A stretch of 62,200 nt of DNA, the filler included, from Sphacelaria rigidula (taxonomy: Eukaryota): NCBI GenBank assembly GCA_964200075.2. It is 8 parts of 8 records of this genome, joined end to end, with 100 filler letters (N's around TTAATTAATTAA, not from the genome) between each part and the next. Parts side by side here need not be neighbours in the genome. Positions count along the whole stretch, not along the records: positions 7,789 to 15,476 come from CAXNAA020013784.1; positions 15,577 to 23,264 come from CAXNAA020013785.1; 6 more parts are not named here. The stretch is one strand, 5' to 3'. This document shows, in pieces, positions 10,437-23,264 of the stretch. Every line of letters starts with the position of its first letter. Position 1 is the first letter of the stretch. The notes beneath the pieces were generated by a model, which saw only the letters and a list, made by a program, of their open reading frames with translations, searched no databases and was not told the origin of the DNA. The position numbers were made by a program, and so were the translations under genes.

Positions 10437-13070
10437 ACCCGCTGGCGTTGGAGAAGTTACGTCCGCGTGCTGTGCCGGTGCAAACCGGCGTGGAAAACCC
10501 CAGCTACCTTGCTGCAAGGCGTGTGGTCGTATCCATGCGGTCATTCCAGAGCGAAAATGAGAAGGAGGCTCCTCCTGATGAAGCGGTAGAGCGCTTGGTC
10601 GATCGGGGGCCTGATATGTTCATGGACCCAGTAGAGGAGAGAGGTGCACGGGAACGTGCGCTTGAGGATAGTGTGCGGCAGGCCGAGCAGAAGGGCCTGA
10701 GCGCCGATGGCGCACATTGTCTGTGCAATATTTTGGCTCGTCGCGTAGATACATTTCATCGTGCGCTGCGTGGTGATCCGCCAGCGCGCGTGGAGCCAAT
10801 GAGGGAGGCTGTGAAGGCCAAGCCTCGCCGCTGCGATCCGGTGAAGACCGTGTGGCTTGCTTCATGCATCGCAGTTTTGGTGGCATTTGGTTTGTTGGTT
10901 AGGAATATTCAGGCTGTGTGAGCGAGTCCGGCGATGGCAGTGCCGAAGAGGGACACAGTCCATTTGGTAAGCGACTACCAGGCGGTGAACGCGCAAGTGG
11001 GACAGTCTCCGGGGGTGATACCAAGCCAAGAAGACATGCGGGAGTTGCTGGGAGCCCGACAACAAAATCGGTATGTCAGTGAACACATTCCTGGAGAGCG
11101 CATTTTTGGGGGAGATTTGTTGTCCCGCTCGGTAAAGGTTCCTATCGTGCCTGCTCATTCTGTTGCCGTGTACAGCCCGTGTGATGCCGATGTTTCGCTG
11201 CCCTCGTTAGATGTCATTTGTACCGCGCAGCACAAAACGCGTGTGTTGCGGTTTATTTTGTCGGAACAAAGACGGCCGGCGTCTGAATGGGTTGATGATT
11301 TGCCAGCCGCTCAGTGGGTGTTGAATACTTCTTTTCGTGACCGCTACCGTGACACTCCGTATTGTGTGATGTTTGGGTGTGCGCCGCGTACAGCGTTTTC
11401 CGCGCTGACTTCTGTCACTGGCGGCGAGTGGAAAGTCGATGTCAAGGATGCTGATTCGTTGCGTGACTAGGTTCGAGGCGTGGTTGACGAGCAAGTGCGG
11501 TTTTGTAACGAAGTGCAAGCTGCTGTCGCGATGTCTCGCGAAACCAAACGCAAGCTTGCTCAGGGCCAGGCTGTGTTGCCCAAGTTTGCAGTTGGCGATT
11601 TCATATCGTATGACCGTGTTCGGAGGCAAGGTGTGACGCAAAAATGATGTCCACGTGGACAGGTCCGTGGCGAGCGGTCGGAGCTGATCAACCTCACGTG
11701 TATTCGGTGCAGAACATTGTTTCTGGCGCCGTGCACTCGGCCCATGTCGCTCGTTCACGTTTCTATGCTGACTTGCAGTTGCACATCACTGAGGAACTAA
11801 AAGATTTATTTCAGCATTCGTATGCTCAAGGTGAATGTCGGATCAATACTTTGGTGCACGTCGCTGAGGATGACAACGGTGATGTCATTGTTTGGTCGAT
11901 TGGGAAGGGTTCGGTGCTGAAGAACGTACGTGGGAGTCTCTTCGCGAGATTCAGTCTTCGGCGCCTGAATTTGTTTTGAAGGAACTGCGTAAAATGCGGT
12001 TGCCTCGGGCGCTGACCAGTAAATTAGCGTCGGAGTATGGCATTTCCTTGTGATTTGGCGCATGCGATTTCGCCTTTGTTTTTGCTGATTGCCATGCTCG
12101 TTCCTTTGTCTTGAACTAGCTTTGGGGGTGCTGTAGCCAGATGATACCAAGCCGTAGGTTTCAGTATAGCCGCATGCCTGACTTGCGCAGTCGCAGGGAA
12201 CAGGGGATCCTGGATGAATTACCCTCATCTGTGTGGCCCCTTTTTGCTGGCTTGTGATGTGGTCTGTTGAGGATCACTCCGTGATAATAACAAGTAAAAA
12301 GAAAGGACGTGTTGAGCACGAGGCCAGTGCTACTGGAGGAGTCCCTCGTGAATGGTCCTCTTGTCCATATCGTCTGACAGTAGTCCTCTTGTCCAGATCG
12401 TCTGGCAGAGGCTACAGGCATAGCCGAAGGCTTGACAGACAAGTCAACAAAATCAAACGTGAACCTGAGGATTTCATTGCCCTTCCAAACCAAAACACAC
12501 CGCTCCATTCATTGCTGTTGATTAGCTGAGCATGCTCTGCGTGACCTTGCTCAAATCGGTTCAGAATTCAATGAGAAATGATGAGTTGCGTGAGACGCGC
12601 GCATAGGACACCCTCAAAAACAGTCAGCAACGGTACGTTTTCGGTTGTTTCTTGACACGCACGCGGCCGCCTCTCATCCAATACTGGACGGATTTCCGTC
12701 AAACAAAGACTGCCGTGTGTAGATGATCAAGAGCTAGCGCTTGAGCTAATGCGCGCAAATGGTGGGTGCCTATGCGTGGATTTTCGTGGCTTGGCGGGTC
12801 GGCGCTGTGCTACCTGGTTGCGTCTTGTCCGCAGCAGTACAGAGATATTGGACTAGCGGCCACTTCCAGAACCGCCGCAATTTTGTACCTGGGCTCCGAT
12901 CTGGACAAAACTGCTTACATATAAGACTCAGCACTGGTCGTTGTGGGGGCAATCACTTCTCCAAAAGTGATTTTTTTAAAAGTGATCATCACTTCCGATA
13001 AGACCCCGCCTGACTGTCCCATGCGCAAAAATATTTTTCGAAACTCTCCACACCCTGGACAACATATGGT

Positions 13071-13245
13071 CAATAGATTCAATATATTCAATATATTCAA
13101 TAGATTCAATAGATTCAATAGATTCAATAGATTCAATAGATAAAAATGTACCGGAATAAGTATAGGTCTAATGCAACTATCGTCGGTTATCGATCGACAA
13201 TAGTTGCAATAGGCCTATACTTAATCCAGTACAATTTTGGTCTAT
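13071..13245. repeat. 9-bp tandem repeat (AATAGATTC)n fused to a ~110-bp hairpin
   Basis: About 8 copies of AATAGATTC/AATATATTC, then arms ATAGATAAAAATGTACCGGAATAAGTATAGGTCTAATGCAACTAT and ATAGTTGCAATAGGCCTATACTTAATCCAGTACAATTTTGGTCTAT. Confidence 0.85.
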
Positions 13246-14659
13246 CGCATCATCTATCGACCATAAATTGTCCGGAGTGTGACACTTTCTAATGTTAAAG
13301 TCCTTTAGATTGTTTCTGAAGGCACTAGTGCTGTGGGAATCCGAGGTTTGTACAGCAGCAGAGGCTGTTCAAAGTAAATCTGTCATGCCCAATTGGCACT
13401 GTATTCTCGAAAATGGCGTTGAAAAACAACATGAGGTTCAACCCAAAAGCCGTGCTTTCCCTGACCTAAATTCATGACAACTGACTTTTATATGGACGGC
13501 CACATCCCTCCCGACCTTCCTGAAACTATTTTGGGGGATTTCTGGCCTTTCGTTCCCCTAAAGGGTGTGTACGAAAGCACGATTTTTGGGCCAAAAAACG
13601 TCCTTTTTTCACCCCGGAATCAAAAGTGTGCTTTCACACATACCCTTTGGAGGAACAGAAGGCTAGGAACCTCCCGGAATAGTATCAGGGAGGTCGAGGT
13701 CGCTCGTATGAACATCATTTCTCATGAATATAGGTCATGGACAGCACGGCTATTGAGTTGAACCTCATTTTTTTCCAACTCCATTTTTCGAGAATCCATC
13801 GTTAATTTCTGATTGGCCATTGGTAAATTGGGCATAAAGAATTTATTTCGAACGGCCTCTGCTGTTCAAATCCCATGTGAACTCTAAACTGTAGTGGGGT
13901 TGTCAGTCTATGGCAGAGGCTGTCCAACAACCCCGCGTCTTGCCGGCAAATTCGTATAAATTGGGCAAAACACGATAATTTTTGGGGTTGAAGTATAAAA
14001 TGAGGTTCAACCCACAAATCGCTACCGTTGGGAAAATACCAAACAGTAGCACAAAAGGAAGGTATTTTCCCCAAAAACTCCGCAGGAGGAGTTGGGCAGT
14101 TCGGGCTAGGTGCACCCAACGAATGCGGTGTACACGCGTGTCGGTGGCGATATCACCAGAGAGAGAAGCAACGACAGAGAGGAAGCTCCTCGCCCGTGTC
14201 CTTTGTGTGTCCTCGCTCGGCGACTACCCCTATCGCTCGAGAGACTGGCATCATGCATGTTACCGGCATGAACCGAATTTTCCATGTTGTGCCTGAAGAC
14301 CGACCTGCGGAGAGATCTCGTCTCTTCGTCTTACCTGAGCACCTCATCATCGATGCGCAGATCAATTTCTCTCTGGCTCTCTTTTTGGACAGCACGCGCC
14401 TCTGTGCGCTGAAGAACAAGTCCTTGAAAAACAGGGCAATGTTTCCGTCACCGCTACTACTGTTCTCTGTCACACACATGCCCGCAAGGACGTGGCTGCG
14501 GCAAAACCAGATAGATCCAATACGAGCTTAGGGGGTGTTATTCATCGTTGTTTGTCCGCCACCGCAACCGGGCCCTTGACCACACGCGAGTTGGGGGGAG
14601 TGCACGAGAGATCAAACACTTGTGAAGACCTTCTTGATATGCAGAGTGAAAAAAGATAC

Positions 14660-15420
14660 CTATGGTGGTGACCCAACTGTTGCTAGCATCGTGCAGAGGG
14701 GTGTGTCAGCTGCGATCTGGAGCTTTCGTTGATCTATACTCTACTGACTGCCTACCGTCTACAGACGTCTGCCTATAGAGGCCACACTTGGTAATAATAT
14801 CACATAGTATTATGAACCCAATTTCGGAACACCTTTGGAAACGAAAGAGTTCGTTTTTTCAAAGTACGTCGACATGGTTGAAATGACTTTCCTTACCCGA
14901 GGGAAAGTGTCCGCTTTGGGTCCGTTCAAGCGTTCGAAGATAGTGTCGAACAGCATTATGAATCTTTCCTGACATTGGCATCTGCAAATTAGTACAGTAC
15001 CATCACAAATCGACAATTTAACGTTCTTATTAAAAACCAACGAGCATCAAAGTGTTTGCAGTTAGGAACACGGGCATTTTCATAGACGAGAAACTCTGTG
15101 TTCCCCCGTTACATGCGGTCTCAAAAACTATGCTGTCCTTTTCTCAAACCTGGCGGGCGGACAGCGAAGCCGCAATCCCTCGGGTAGGGAGAGTCATTCC
15201 AACCATGTCGACGTATTTTGAAAAAACGAACTCTTTCATGTCCAAAGGTATTCCGAATTTGGGTTCATAATACTATGTGATATTATTACCAAGTGTGGCC
15301 TTTATAGGCAGACGTCTGTAGACGGGAGGCAGTCAGTAGAGTATAGAACAACGAAAGCTCCAGATCGCAGCTGACACACCCCTCTGCACGATGCTAGCAA
15401 CAGTTAGGTCACCACCATAG
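14660..15420. mobile_element. Non-autonomous long-TIR (foldback/MITE) element, ~245-bp TIRs
   Basis: 14660-14905 (CTATGGTGGTGACC...) is a high-identity reverse complement of 15177-15420 (...GGTCACCACCATAG). No coding core and no clear TSD. Confidence 0.88.
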
Positions 15421-17229
15421 AACAGCCGATTTTACATTTTGGGGTTCATACAAAATATAGGGTTGAAGTGGCATATNNNNNNNNNNNNNNNNNNNNNNNN
15501 NNNNNNNNNNNNNNNNNNNNTTAATTAATTAANNNNNNNNNNNNNNNNNNNNNNNNNNNNNNNNNNNNNNNNNNNNTGTAAGCGGTTTCTGGAGGCGAAA
15601 TGTCTGTCTTCGCGTGGCCATATCTCTCGAGTAACATGTTTTTCATCCGTTTTTTTTCCGAGTCCCGGGTGCCAATGGCTCCCCCGAATGATGTGCGTGA
15701 AACCTCCGGAGCGAAAACGGCCAAACTGGCGTGTTTGGCTGTTGTCGCGTTTCTGGCCATTTTTCGTACCTTTCTTGGGCGAAAAACGATAAGGTATACC
15801 TTTTCTAGGCCATTGACCTATGTATGTTGCTTGGCCAAAGATCGCTCTTCTCGCTGAGCGTTGCGGCGTCAGTCGCATTATCAATACCACCTTTGGATAT
15901 TACCTCTGATAAATATGCCTTTACTGAGATCGCTCCGGCTGAGCGCTCAACGGCAGGCCTCGATGTCTTTGGATGCCTGTGCTGCAAATATGTCATACCT
16001 GTTTTACCTCGAGACTTTCCGTTTGGAGCCCTACGGTTTCACTTCCTCCCAGAATGTGTACAGTATGGTCGTTGTGCTCTCGGGGACGGTACAGGAGTAG
16101 TACAGAAAGATGAGAGAAGGACGGTACAGTACTACAGTACACACGCAGGTGCGGAACACGACTGTCAGTATAGTGGTGTACTATGTTCAAACATCCAATT
16201 GCCAGAGAATGAAACCGATCGCGTTCAATGAAATTATGTAAACCACCTGTCACTTTCTGCGTCGCGAAGGGCAAAATTCTTCAAATACCCCGAAACAGCT
16301 AGCTGCTGTGATTTGGTGCCGAACGCATCGGGGCATGCCTTTTGATACACGTGGACATCAGCCACGAACCATAGCTTGAACGAAATCACTCAAAACTTCG
16401 ACCGGGAGGATAGATCATCTAGCTATGTGGTCATTTTCCAAGTGAATTTGATGATGATTAAAAAGCTGAATTATATGCTCGCAGTCAAAGGGTTGATATG
16501 GGCAACAGGTATATATACTAGAGCGATCTACTGTTGCCTGCCTTGACGCCATTTGCCGTGAATTGAATGCCCCGGGTAGTCTGGAGTGCAGAGTTCCGGA
16601 AATAATCTGGAATCAAGGGTGGATGCTGTACCTGGATGACCATACTCTATTCCAAGTACCTTTGAAATCTGTCTGAATATTTGCACATACCGAACGCGAG
16701 AGATGGTGATATTCGAAGGAGGCACGCCCTAGGGGGCGTTGACGGGGATATTATCTCTAGGTCATGAGGAAAAAGAGTACCACGAACGAGTTCCGTTCTC
16801 CTGTCTTTTGTTTTTTAGGCAAGACATTCCAACGCTGATTCTCAGATCTTCAATTTCACAGAGGATAATGCGCCCAGCTCCCGTACGGTGGTGGATTAGG
16901 GCTAGGCTCATTGCCTGCTGTGTGGCGTGCTAGTCTGGGGGTGAAGACATACCACCGCTGGTGCAGGGACATGTGAACCGCTCACAATGCGGCCAATATT
17001 TCTGCAGTGACCGTCATACCTGGTACTAGCGGATTTTCCAGTGATTTTTTATACGCTGTGTCGTTCACCATTTCAACCGGAACGGAAAATCCACAGATGC
17101 TGCGCCCCTTCACTATGCGGTGGTTGTGCCAATTGCACAATCATGCGTGGAAGCATCGCGCCGCACGCCCTGGCAGCATCGGCAACAGTTTGGCATTTCC
17201 CAGAGATACGAGCTGGGTCGGCCTCGACG

Positions 17230-18130
17230 CGGATTTAAGCTCTCAAAGCAATATCTCATCGACACAGACGAGTTGGGCCGTGATACGCACATCGTATCAA
17301 TCGTCTGGTCTTCGGAAAGGTGCCCATGTGCTCACAAATCTGGGCCATTTTTTTCTCTCGTTGATTGGATCCCATGCCAAGTAATTCCTACCGTACGGAG
17401 GTAGTGTCCATACTAAAGGCTATGTGAAACCTCGAACGATATCCACAACGGATGATGACGACTTTTGGTGTGGACATGATCTGGAGCACGGGGGGACGAT
17501 AGATACCGTCACTTTGGCCTAACTCGTTACCTTTCTTGAGATACGATGCACATAAGGTTTGATACTAATTTCAATATGTTACGAGCAGAGGCACTTTGGT
17601 GCACTAAATCTGGATATTGCGTCTCAGTCTTTGAGAGTTGTAAAATAGAAATTTCATACGGAGAATCGCCGGTGTATGGTGAAAAAAAAGGTTTTGTCCG
17701 TTTCTTAATTTTTTTAGGGGAATTTGAAGGAGAAATGGACAATGCTCATGGACCTCATCTTAGTTCTTCAGCTCAATTTTAAGAATTGAAATCTGAAAGT
17801 CATCATGGAAAATCGCAAAGGCATGCCGAGGAAGAAAAATGGGGCCCTACAATGTTTTTTTCGCAAAGGTATGGGCTTCTCGTGAAAATATGGTCTTTGC
17901 TATACTAAAACGTTCTGAACAAATTAAGAATAACATATATCAAACTTTCCAACTTTGTTCGGTTGGTTATGGCCGAGCGAGGTCCCACACAAAGATTCAA
18001 AAGACAAGCACCAAACCTTTGAGCGGTAAATGGCCTGGAAAATGTTGTTCCGAGTTCCGACCAGCCCGGTTTCTAAGTCGTCCCGTCTCTACTCAATTGT
18101 AGAAGTTGGACTTGAAAATTTAGTACGGAG
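17230..18130 (+). repeat. Copy of a long dispersed non-coding repeat family (also 23400-23960, 42590-44270, and inverted at ~25010-25300)
   Basis: Colinear shared blocks across three contigs, e.g. CTCTCAAAGCAATAT-TCATCGACACA, CGGATGATGAC, AAATCTGGAT-TCGCGTCTCAGT, GCGAGGTCCCACACAAA. Confidence 0.85.
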
Positions 18131-18995
18131 AAAGAATAGGGCATGCTGAACAAATGTCAAGCAGCACATTGAGTTTTATATTTCGTGAGTTAACGGCATA
18201 TTCCTGATAACTAAGTACTGATTACTGCCACTAACTCACGAAACAAAACAAAAACAATTTGCTTCTTGATACTTTTTTAGCATGCCCTGTTCTTTCTCCA
18301 TACCAAATTGAAAGTCTAACTCCCGAAATTGAGTGCAGACGTGATCTGAAACCACAAATTCGCGTCTAGGCCGGCTCAGCTCGTCGGGTAATCGCATATC
18401 TCGACCCGAGGTCAGTCGCAACGGCGCTGGTGTTGGTTCATGCATTTTCTTTGGATGCAGGGTAACTCACGTGTTCCTACTTTCCCCGTGCTATGTGCCC
18501 TGTCCCCTCCCCTACAGTATTCGCGACCAAACGCCCTTTCGCCACACTGCCAGACGCGAGCCCATGGAGGGCCAGCAGCGGCGGGAGACAAAAATTGATC
18601 GGAGGAGACGGTACCCCGGGGTCCTCAAATCTAAAAACCCCGTGGAGAGGTTGTTCGCAACCTGCGTCCAGCCGGAATGCCGCAAGCGGCACCATGCCTG
18701 GGGCATGTGCCGGCGGTTTGCAACGGTGGGCCATCCGCATGGTGGTATTTTGTTTCGTCTCGGTCGGTTTCGATCATACGGGTGAAAGATGACTCCATGG
18801 TGCTACACACTTGTATATGTTCGTGGCTGCTGTGTCGAGATTAGGTCGCTTGAAAGCACATCTACTGGAAGTCCATGCATTGCATTTAGTCGATGCGAGC
18901 ACCGCATCGCGCTTTACTGTCGCTTGTTCAATTGCTTCCTCGTTCTCATATTGGTTTTGATCTTGGAACGAGACCCTCCCTGTTCTGCTCTTGAC

Positions 18996-18996
<1 letters not shown>

Positions 18997-19035
<39 letters not shown>
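18997..19035. repeat. (TG)n microsatellite, probably the tail of a minus-strand SINE remnant
   Basis: Pure TG run. The adjacent sequence resembles the 3' end of the SINE at 2780-2843 in reverse. Confidence 0.85.
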
Positions 19036-19039
<4 letters not shown>

Positions 19040-19699
19040 GGGTGTCACAGGTGTAGCAAGCCAATCATCCATCTACTACTCGGGAGATCGACCGCGCGAG
19101 AAACATGAACAACGTGAGGCATCCTTTGCATGACGTTGCAAATGTCGTGCACAGTGGGTGGACGGATGCCGTTGTGACGCTTCAGATTAGATGGGTGGCG
19201 CACAAGAAGCAAAGCATACTCGTAGTATAGAATCAGTGCTTCCCGTTCTTGAAGTGCAGTTCGACGAGTGTCAATACCCTCCCGAGAGTGTTCCGCAAAG
19301 GTTTACCAGCTCGGTCTTTTCTAAAGTCTAGCTCGAAAACATACGCGCCACCTCAGCGACTCCCCGCGTACTCCGCAGTCACATGTTTCTCACATGCACA
19401 GCGATAGCGATTCAAAATCGCCTTGAGCGAAGGCGAACAGTTTTTCATGGACGAAGACGAAGAGTCTTCTTCCGCATCCACGTCGCCTGGGCGTAAGAAG
19501 ACACCGGGACTATCTCTGCCCGGTAGACTCAGCGGAGTTCACCGAAAGCCGTGCCCGGGCTGTGGCATTACGGATGCACACGAAAAGGTACAAGCAGACG
19601 TACTTGTGAGGGTACAGGCCGGCGATGCCAGGTCATGACGTATGACACCTATGGCGAAGAGCGTTCGCAATAGCCGGTTCTCGTGACAGCTTCTTGAGA

Positions 19700-20310
19700 C
19701 AAAGAGTGTGGCCGAAAACGATGAACCGCGATCTGTTTTCACGGCGTTTTTGTTTCAGTTTGGTTATGCGTGCATGTGCTCAAGCCATGTTGCAAAGACC
19801 GACGATTTCTAGGTGTTGCTTTTTGTCTCTTGTTGTTCGTGTGTGTGCGTGTTTTTTCAGTCTGATCTTGGTGTCTTTTGCCCCTTTATGGTTTTTCTAC
19901 TTTTTTACGGCGAGGGCTCCTGTATGATAACCTTGGGTGCATCTATCTCGTAACCACGGCTAGATCCCCCGAAATAACGTCATGTGCAACAATATATATA
20001 TATATATGTTGTCGCTCATGAGGTAATCCCCGGAGAATCTAGCCGTGGTCACGAGATAGACGCACCCAAGGTAATCGAATAAGAAATGCTCGCCGGAAAA
20101 AGTGCAAGAAACACACAGGTTGATAAGACACCAAGACCAGACTGAAAAAAACGAACAAACACACGAACGAACAGCATATACACAAAAAGAACGACTAGAA
20201 ATGGTCGGTCTTCGCAACATGGCCTCAGTACGTGCACGTTTCACCAAACTAGAAGAATAACGCCGTGAGGACAGACTGCGATGGTTCATCGTTGTCGGCC
20301 GCACTCTTTT
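19700..20310. repeat. Diverged ~270-bp inverted repeat around a (TA)n-containing spacer
   Basis: CAAAGAGTGTGGCCGAAAACGATGAACC..GCCATGTTGCAAAGACCGAC..GTAACCACGGCTAGAT mirrors ATCTAGCCGTGGTCAC..GTCGGTCTTCGCAACATGGC..GGTTCATCGTTGTCGGCCGCACTCTTTG. Confidence 0.85.
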
Positions 20311-22124
20311 GGGTATAAACTCTCGCCCATGAAGCCTACGTATGGGAGCACCGGACTGCGACTTACATGTACCGGGAACTGCCTTGAGCCATCTCTCGAG
20401 GCGCCTTCCCCACATGACCGCCGCAAGGCGATCTAGCCGAGCCTTCGGGTAATCGGCACACGAACTCGCCCNNNNNNNNNNCCCGCGATCGTTTGCGATC
20501 GCCAGCGGGGTAAGTGTTGGGTTGGGTTTCCTCCTTCCATCAAGGAAAAACAAAATGTACCGGGAGAAACGAGGTACACACAGAGAACTTTGGACAGACA
20601 GACAGAGAGATGGGGATAGGAGAAGAGGGCAGAAAAGAAGGCCGCTGGAGGTGGTTTCATCAAAGGTATGTTGTGGAGTTCATTCCGTTCGAGTGGTAGG
20701 GAAGTTGTGCAGGCTCATACATTGGAAATATCGAGTTCACAACCCCCGTTATTGATATCGGGGAGACTGTGCTCCGTCACGTGAAACTAGCTTGCAAGTG
20801 TATGTCGTACGCACGGTGGCGGCAGCCGAGAAGCTATTTTTTGTTGATCATCCGTAAAAAATATCATAGTGGTTCGTGTACTCGTGTGGGCAAATGCCAG
20901 AAGCGTTCCTTAGGTGTCGAGGGGATCGAGACAGCTGTCTCCAAGTGAGGCACCCCAAACAAGCATCCCAAACGCCCGTTGCCTAAGCAGCGGAGCGGTC
21001 TAACGAGCCAAAAAATACGTTCCGAAAAAAAAGCACGGGTCTTCAACTTCAACCAGACTTCCACGTGCACTTCACGGCTACCTGAGTACGTGTGAGAGCT
21101 AGACGAAGACGAGAAACAGTTCAGTAACCGTCGTCGCTGCGTGGTGAATCCGGTATGGCCACGCGTGTTCTTCGGCTACAGAAAAACAACGAATCGGTGT
21201 CAGCGTACTACGATATCGGTTATTGGCTGTCTGTACCCCGTACTGCACTGTCCTACAGTCTGGGCATCATATTTTTCTCATGACACGTGTTGTCTCTCCC
21301 ACCCGTCGGGACGGATCCTTAGTCTTAAAAGGGATCCACCCAGGTCTCGCCCGGTACGTGCCTGTTTTTTTTTCATCATGCTGATTGGATCAGCATTCCG
21401 GCACCACATGAACCGTTTCTTCACATTTTGTTTCAACAACGGAGATCAGATACTCGTGACGAAAAGCCCGTATAGCAGTGCATTCGGTGGGTTCGAACTT
21501 CCGACTCAGCCCTCACCAGTTTTCAACATGTACCATGTGTGTAATGCTTGGGAGGACCGCGTGCTTAGGGAACCGCGTCGGAAGTTAAACACCCCTATGG
21601 TTAGGGTTTGGGTTAGAGTTCTGTTATGTCGATTATTTTTCTCCGGATAGATGCGAAAGGCCATCCTTTATGCTACTCTACCCGAGAACTGGATGCAGTT
21701 TCGGGCGTTTGTCTTGGAAGGATATGTACATCATCCCGCCCTTTTTGCCGAGAACCGGTACAGTAAGAGTTTTTACTGACTACGCGGAGTTGGAGAGACG
21801 CGACACCGACACGATCCTCGTTCGACATCCCTTGACGTACTCATCAGACTGTAACGGACGTAGGATCCGTGCACAACTAAAACGAAGGGGGGAAAACGCT
21901 TCAGCCCTGCACAGCCGTTCAAAAGAGGGGTCTTGGATCTCATTCCTCGCCGTATGTGCTGTACCGGAACAAGATCGGAATANNNNNNNNNNCTGCGGGA
22001 CACGGGAAGCAGTCCCTTTTCGGCAGTGCCGTGTCTAGGACTATGGCTTGAAAAAACCATGCTGGACTACCCCAGCACCGTTTCCAGCCCAAGACAGCGA
22101 TCACCCACGAGGATCTGGCCGCGT

Positions 22125-22625
22125 CCATCCGCATCCGCAAAATGAAAAGATTACCGGCGTACTCACCCTTCAAAACACAACGGCCAGACCTACTTTCCTC
22201 TCTCCGAATCAGTTTCCGAATCTTCCGACAAAGTATTGCCGAAACTCACCGCACCGGCCCTGGTGACCTGCGGCAAACAACCCTCGACGACCTGCTCCAA
22301 CAACCCGGGTACACAATCCCCTCAGCTTCTTGTCGGTGTTTACCGGCAAAGCAAGTGGTGGCGGTGTCTGCCTGTCTTGGTGCGGGTTCAACCCGAGGCA
22401 CGACGGTACTTGTACTGACCGTGAACAAGGGCACAGCAAGCTGAGGATGTTGTGCAGGCAGTCAAGGGTTGCTTGCTGCAGGTCACCGGGGCGGGGGCGG
22501 GGAGTTTCGAGGGGGTTCGTCGGAATACTCGGAAAATAGTTTCGGACCGAAGAGGGTAGATTTGGTCGCGGTCTTTGTGAAAAGTGGGCACACCAGGACC
22601 TTTTCTGTTCTGCGGATGCGCATGG
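22125..22625. repeat. Old diverged inverted repeat (foldback remnant)
   Basis: CGCATCCGCA..GGTGACCTGCGGCAAACAACCCT (22125-22305) mirrors AGGGTTGCTTGCTGCAGGTCACC..TGCGGATGCG (22445-22625). Confidence 0.7.
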
Positions 22626-23009
22626 TTACGGTTGGATGCTGTCAGGTGACCGATCTCTCGGACTTCGAAACTGATCCCCATGGACCGTAACAACCCTGGT
22701 CTTGTTCTCGTACAGTACACACGGTGAGAACTTGGACGAGAGCTTCTTTTCTCGGACGGCCGTACGAGGCGGAGAAAGGCATTTACTTTGGGATCGTGCG
22801 GGGGGTGCCTACTTGCGACCCTGATTGATGTGCTCGAAGGACGGCCGAGCGAAACGGTGTTCTTGGTGCCCTCTTTGACTCTTTCTTGTTTTTGAGTGGA
22901 ACATTCTACCGGAAGGCGTACTTTTCCCGAACACCAGCTCTCTTCATGACGCCCAAAAGCCCACTCGCGACTGTTTGGTCGCACGATTTTTCGGCGATGT
23001 TCACATTTT

Positions 23010-23264
23010 GAGCCATATGCTTCCATATTTTCTCGACTTCTTTATCCCACCTTATTCCAGCCTGCCCTTTCGTACTTTTCCTCCCCAAAGTCCAATCAAC
23101 TATAGCTGGCAGTCTCTTCCTCTGCATGTTCTTTACGCAATATTGCCATCGCAATTCCCTCATTTCTCAGTTTGTTTTTAGTGAGTACATTCCCAACTCT
23201 GCTATCAATACTGTAATACTCGTCGATTTCGAGCACCCAAGTATTTTCTTAGCTGCTGCCATCT
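23010..23264 (-). mobile_element. Non-LTR (LINE) ORF2 C-terminal fragment
   Basis: MAAAKKILGCSKSTSITVLIAELG..LRWQYCVKNM..RLPAIV..IRWDKEVEKIW is a typical post-RT LINE tail. It contains a stop and is cut by the contig end. Confidence 0.7.

Larger units (their letters stand above)
7789..12553 (+). mobile_element. Degenerate Ty3/gypsy LTR retrotransposon with chromodomain (host element): protease, partial RT, integrase C-terminus, chromodomain, PPT, start of 3' LTR
   Basis: Aspartic protease ARVILDSGSALT (~7885-7925); RT start ASPAMAVPK..LVSDYQAVN; EHIPGE..DLLSR; integrase WVDDLPAAQWVLNTS..TPYCVMFG; WTGPWR; chromodomain VDWEGFGAEERTWE (~11895-11940); PPT GCTTTGGGGGTGC followed by TG at 12132. 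Large internal deletions. The right LTR end is approximate. Confidence 0.88.
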
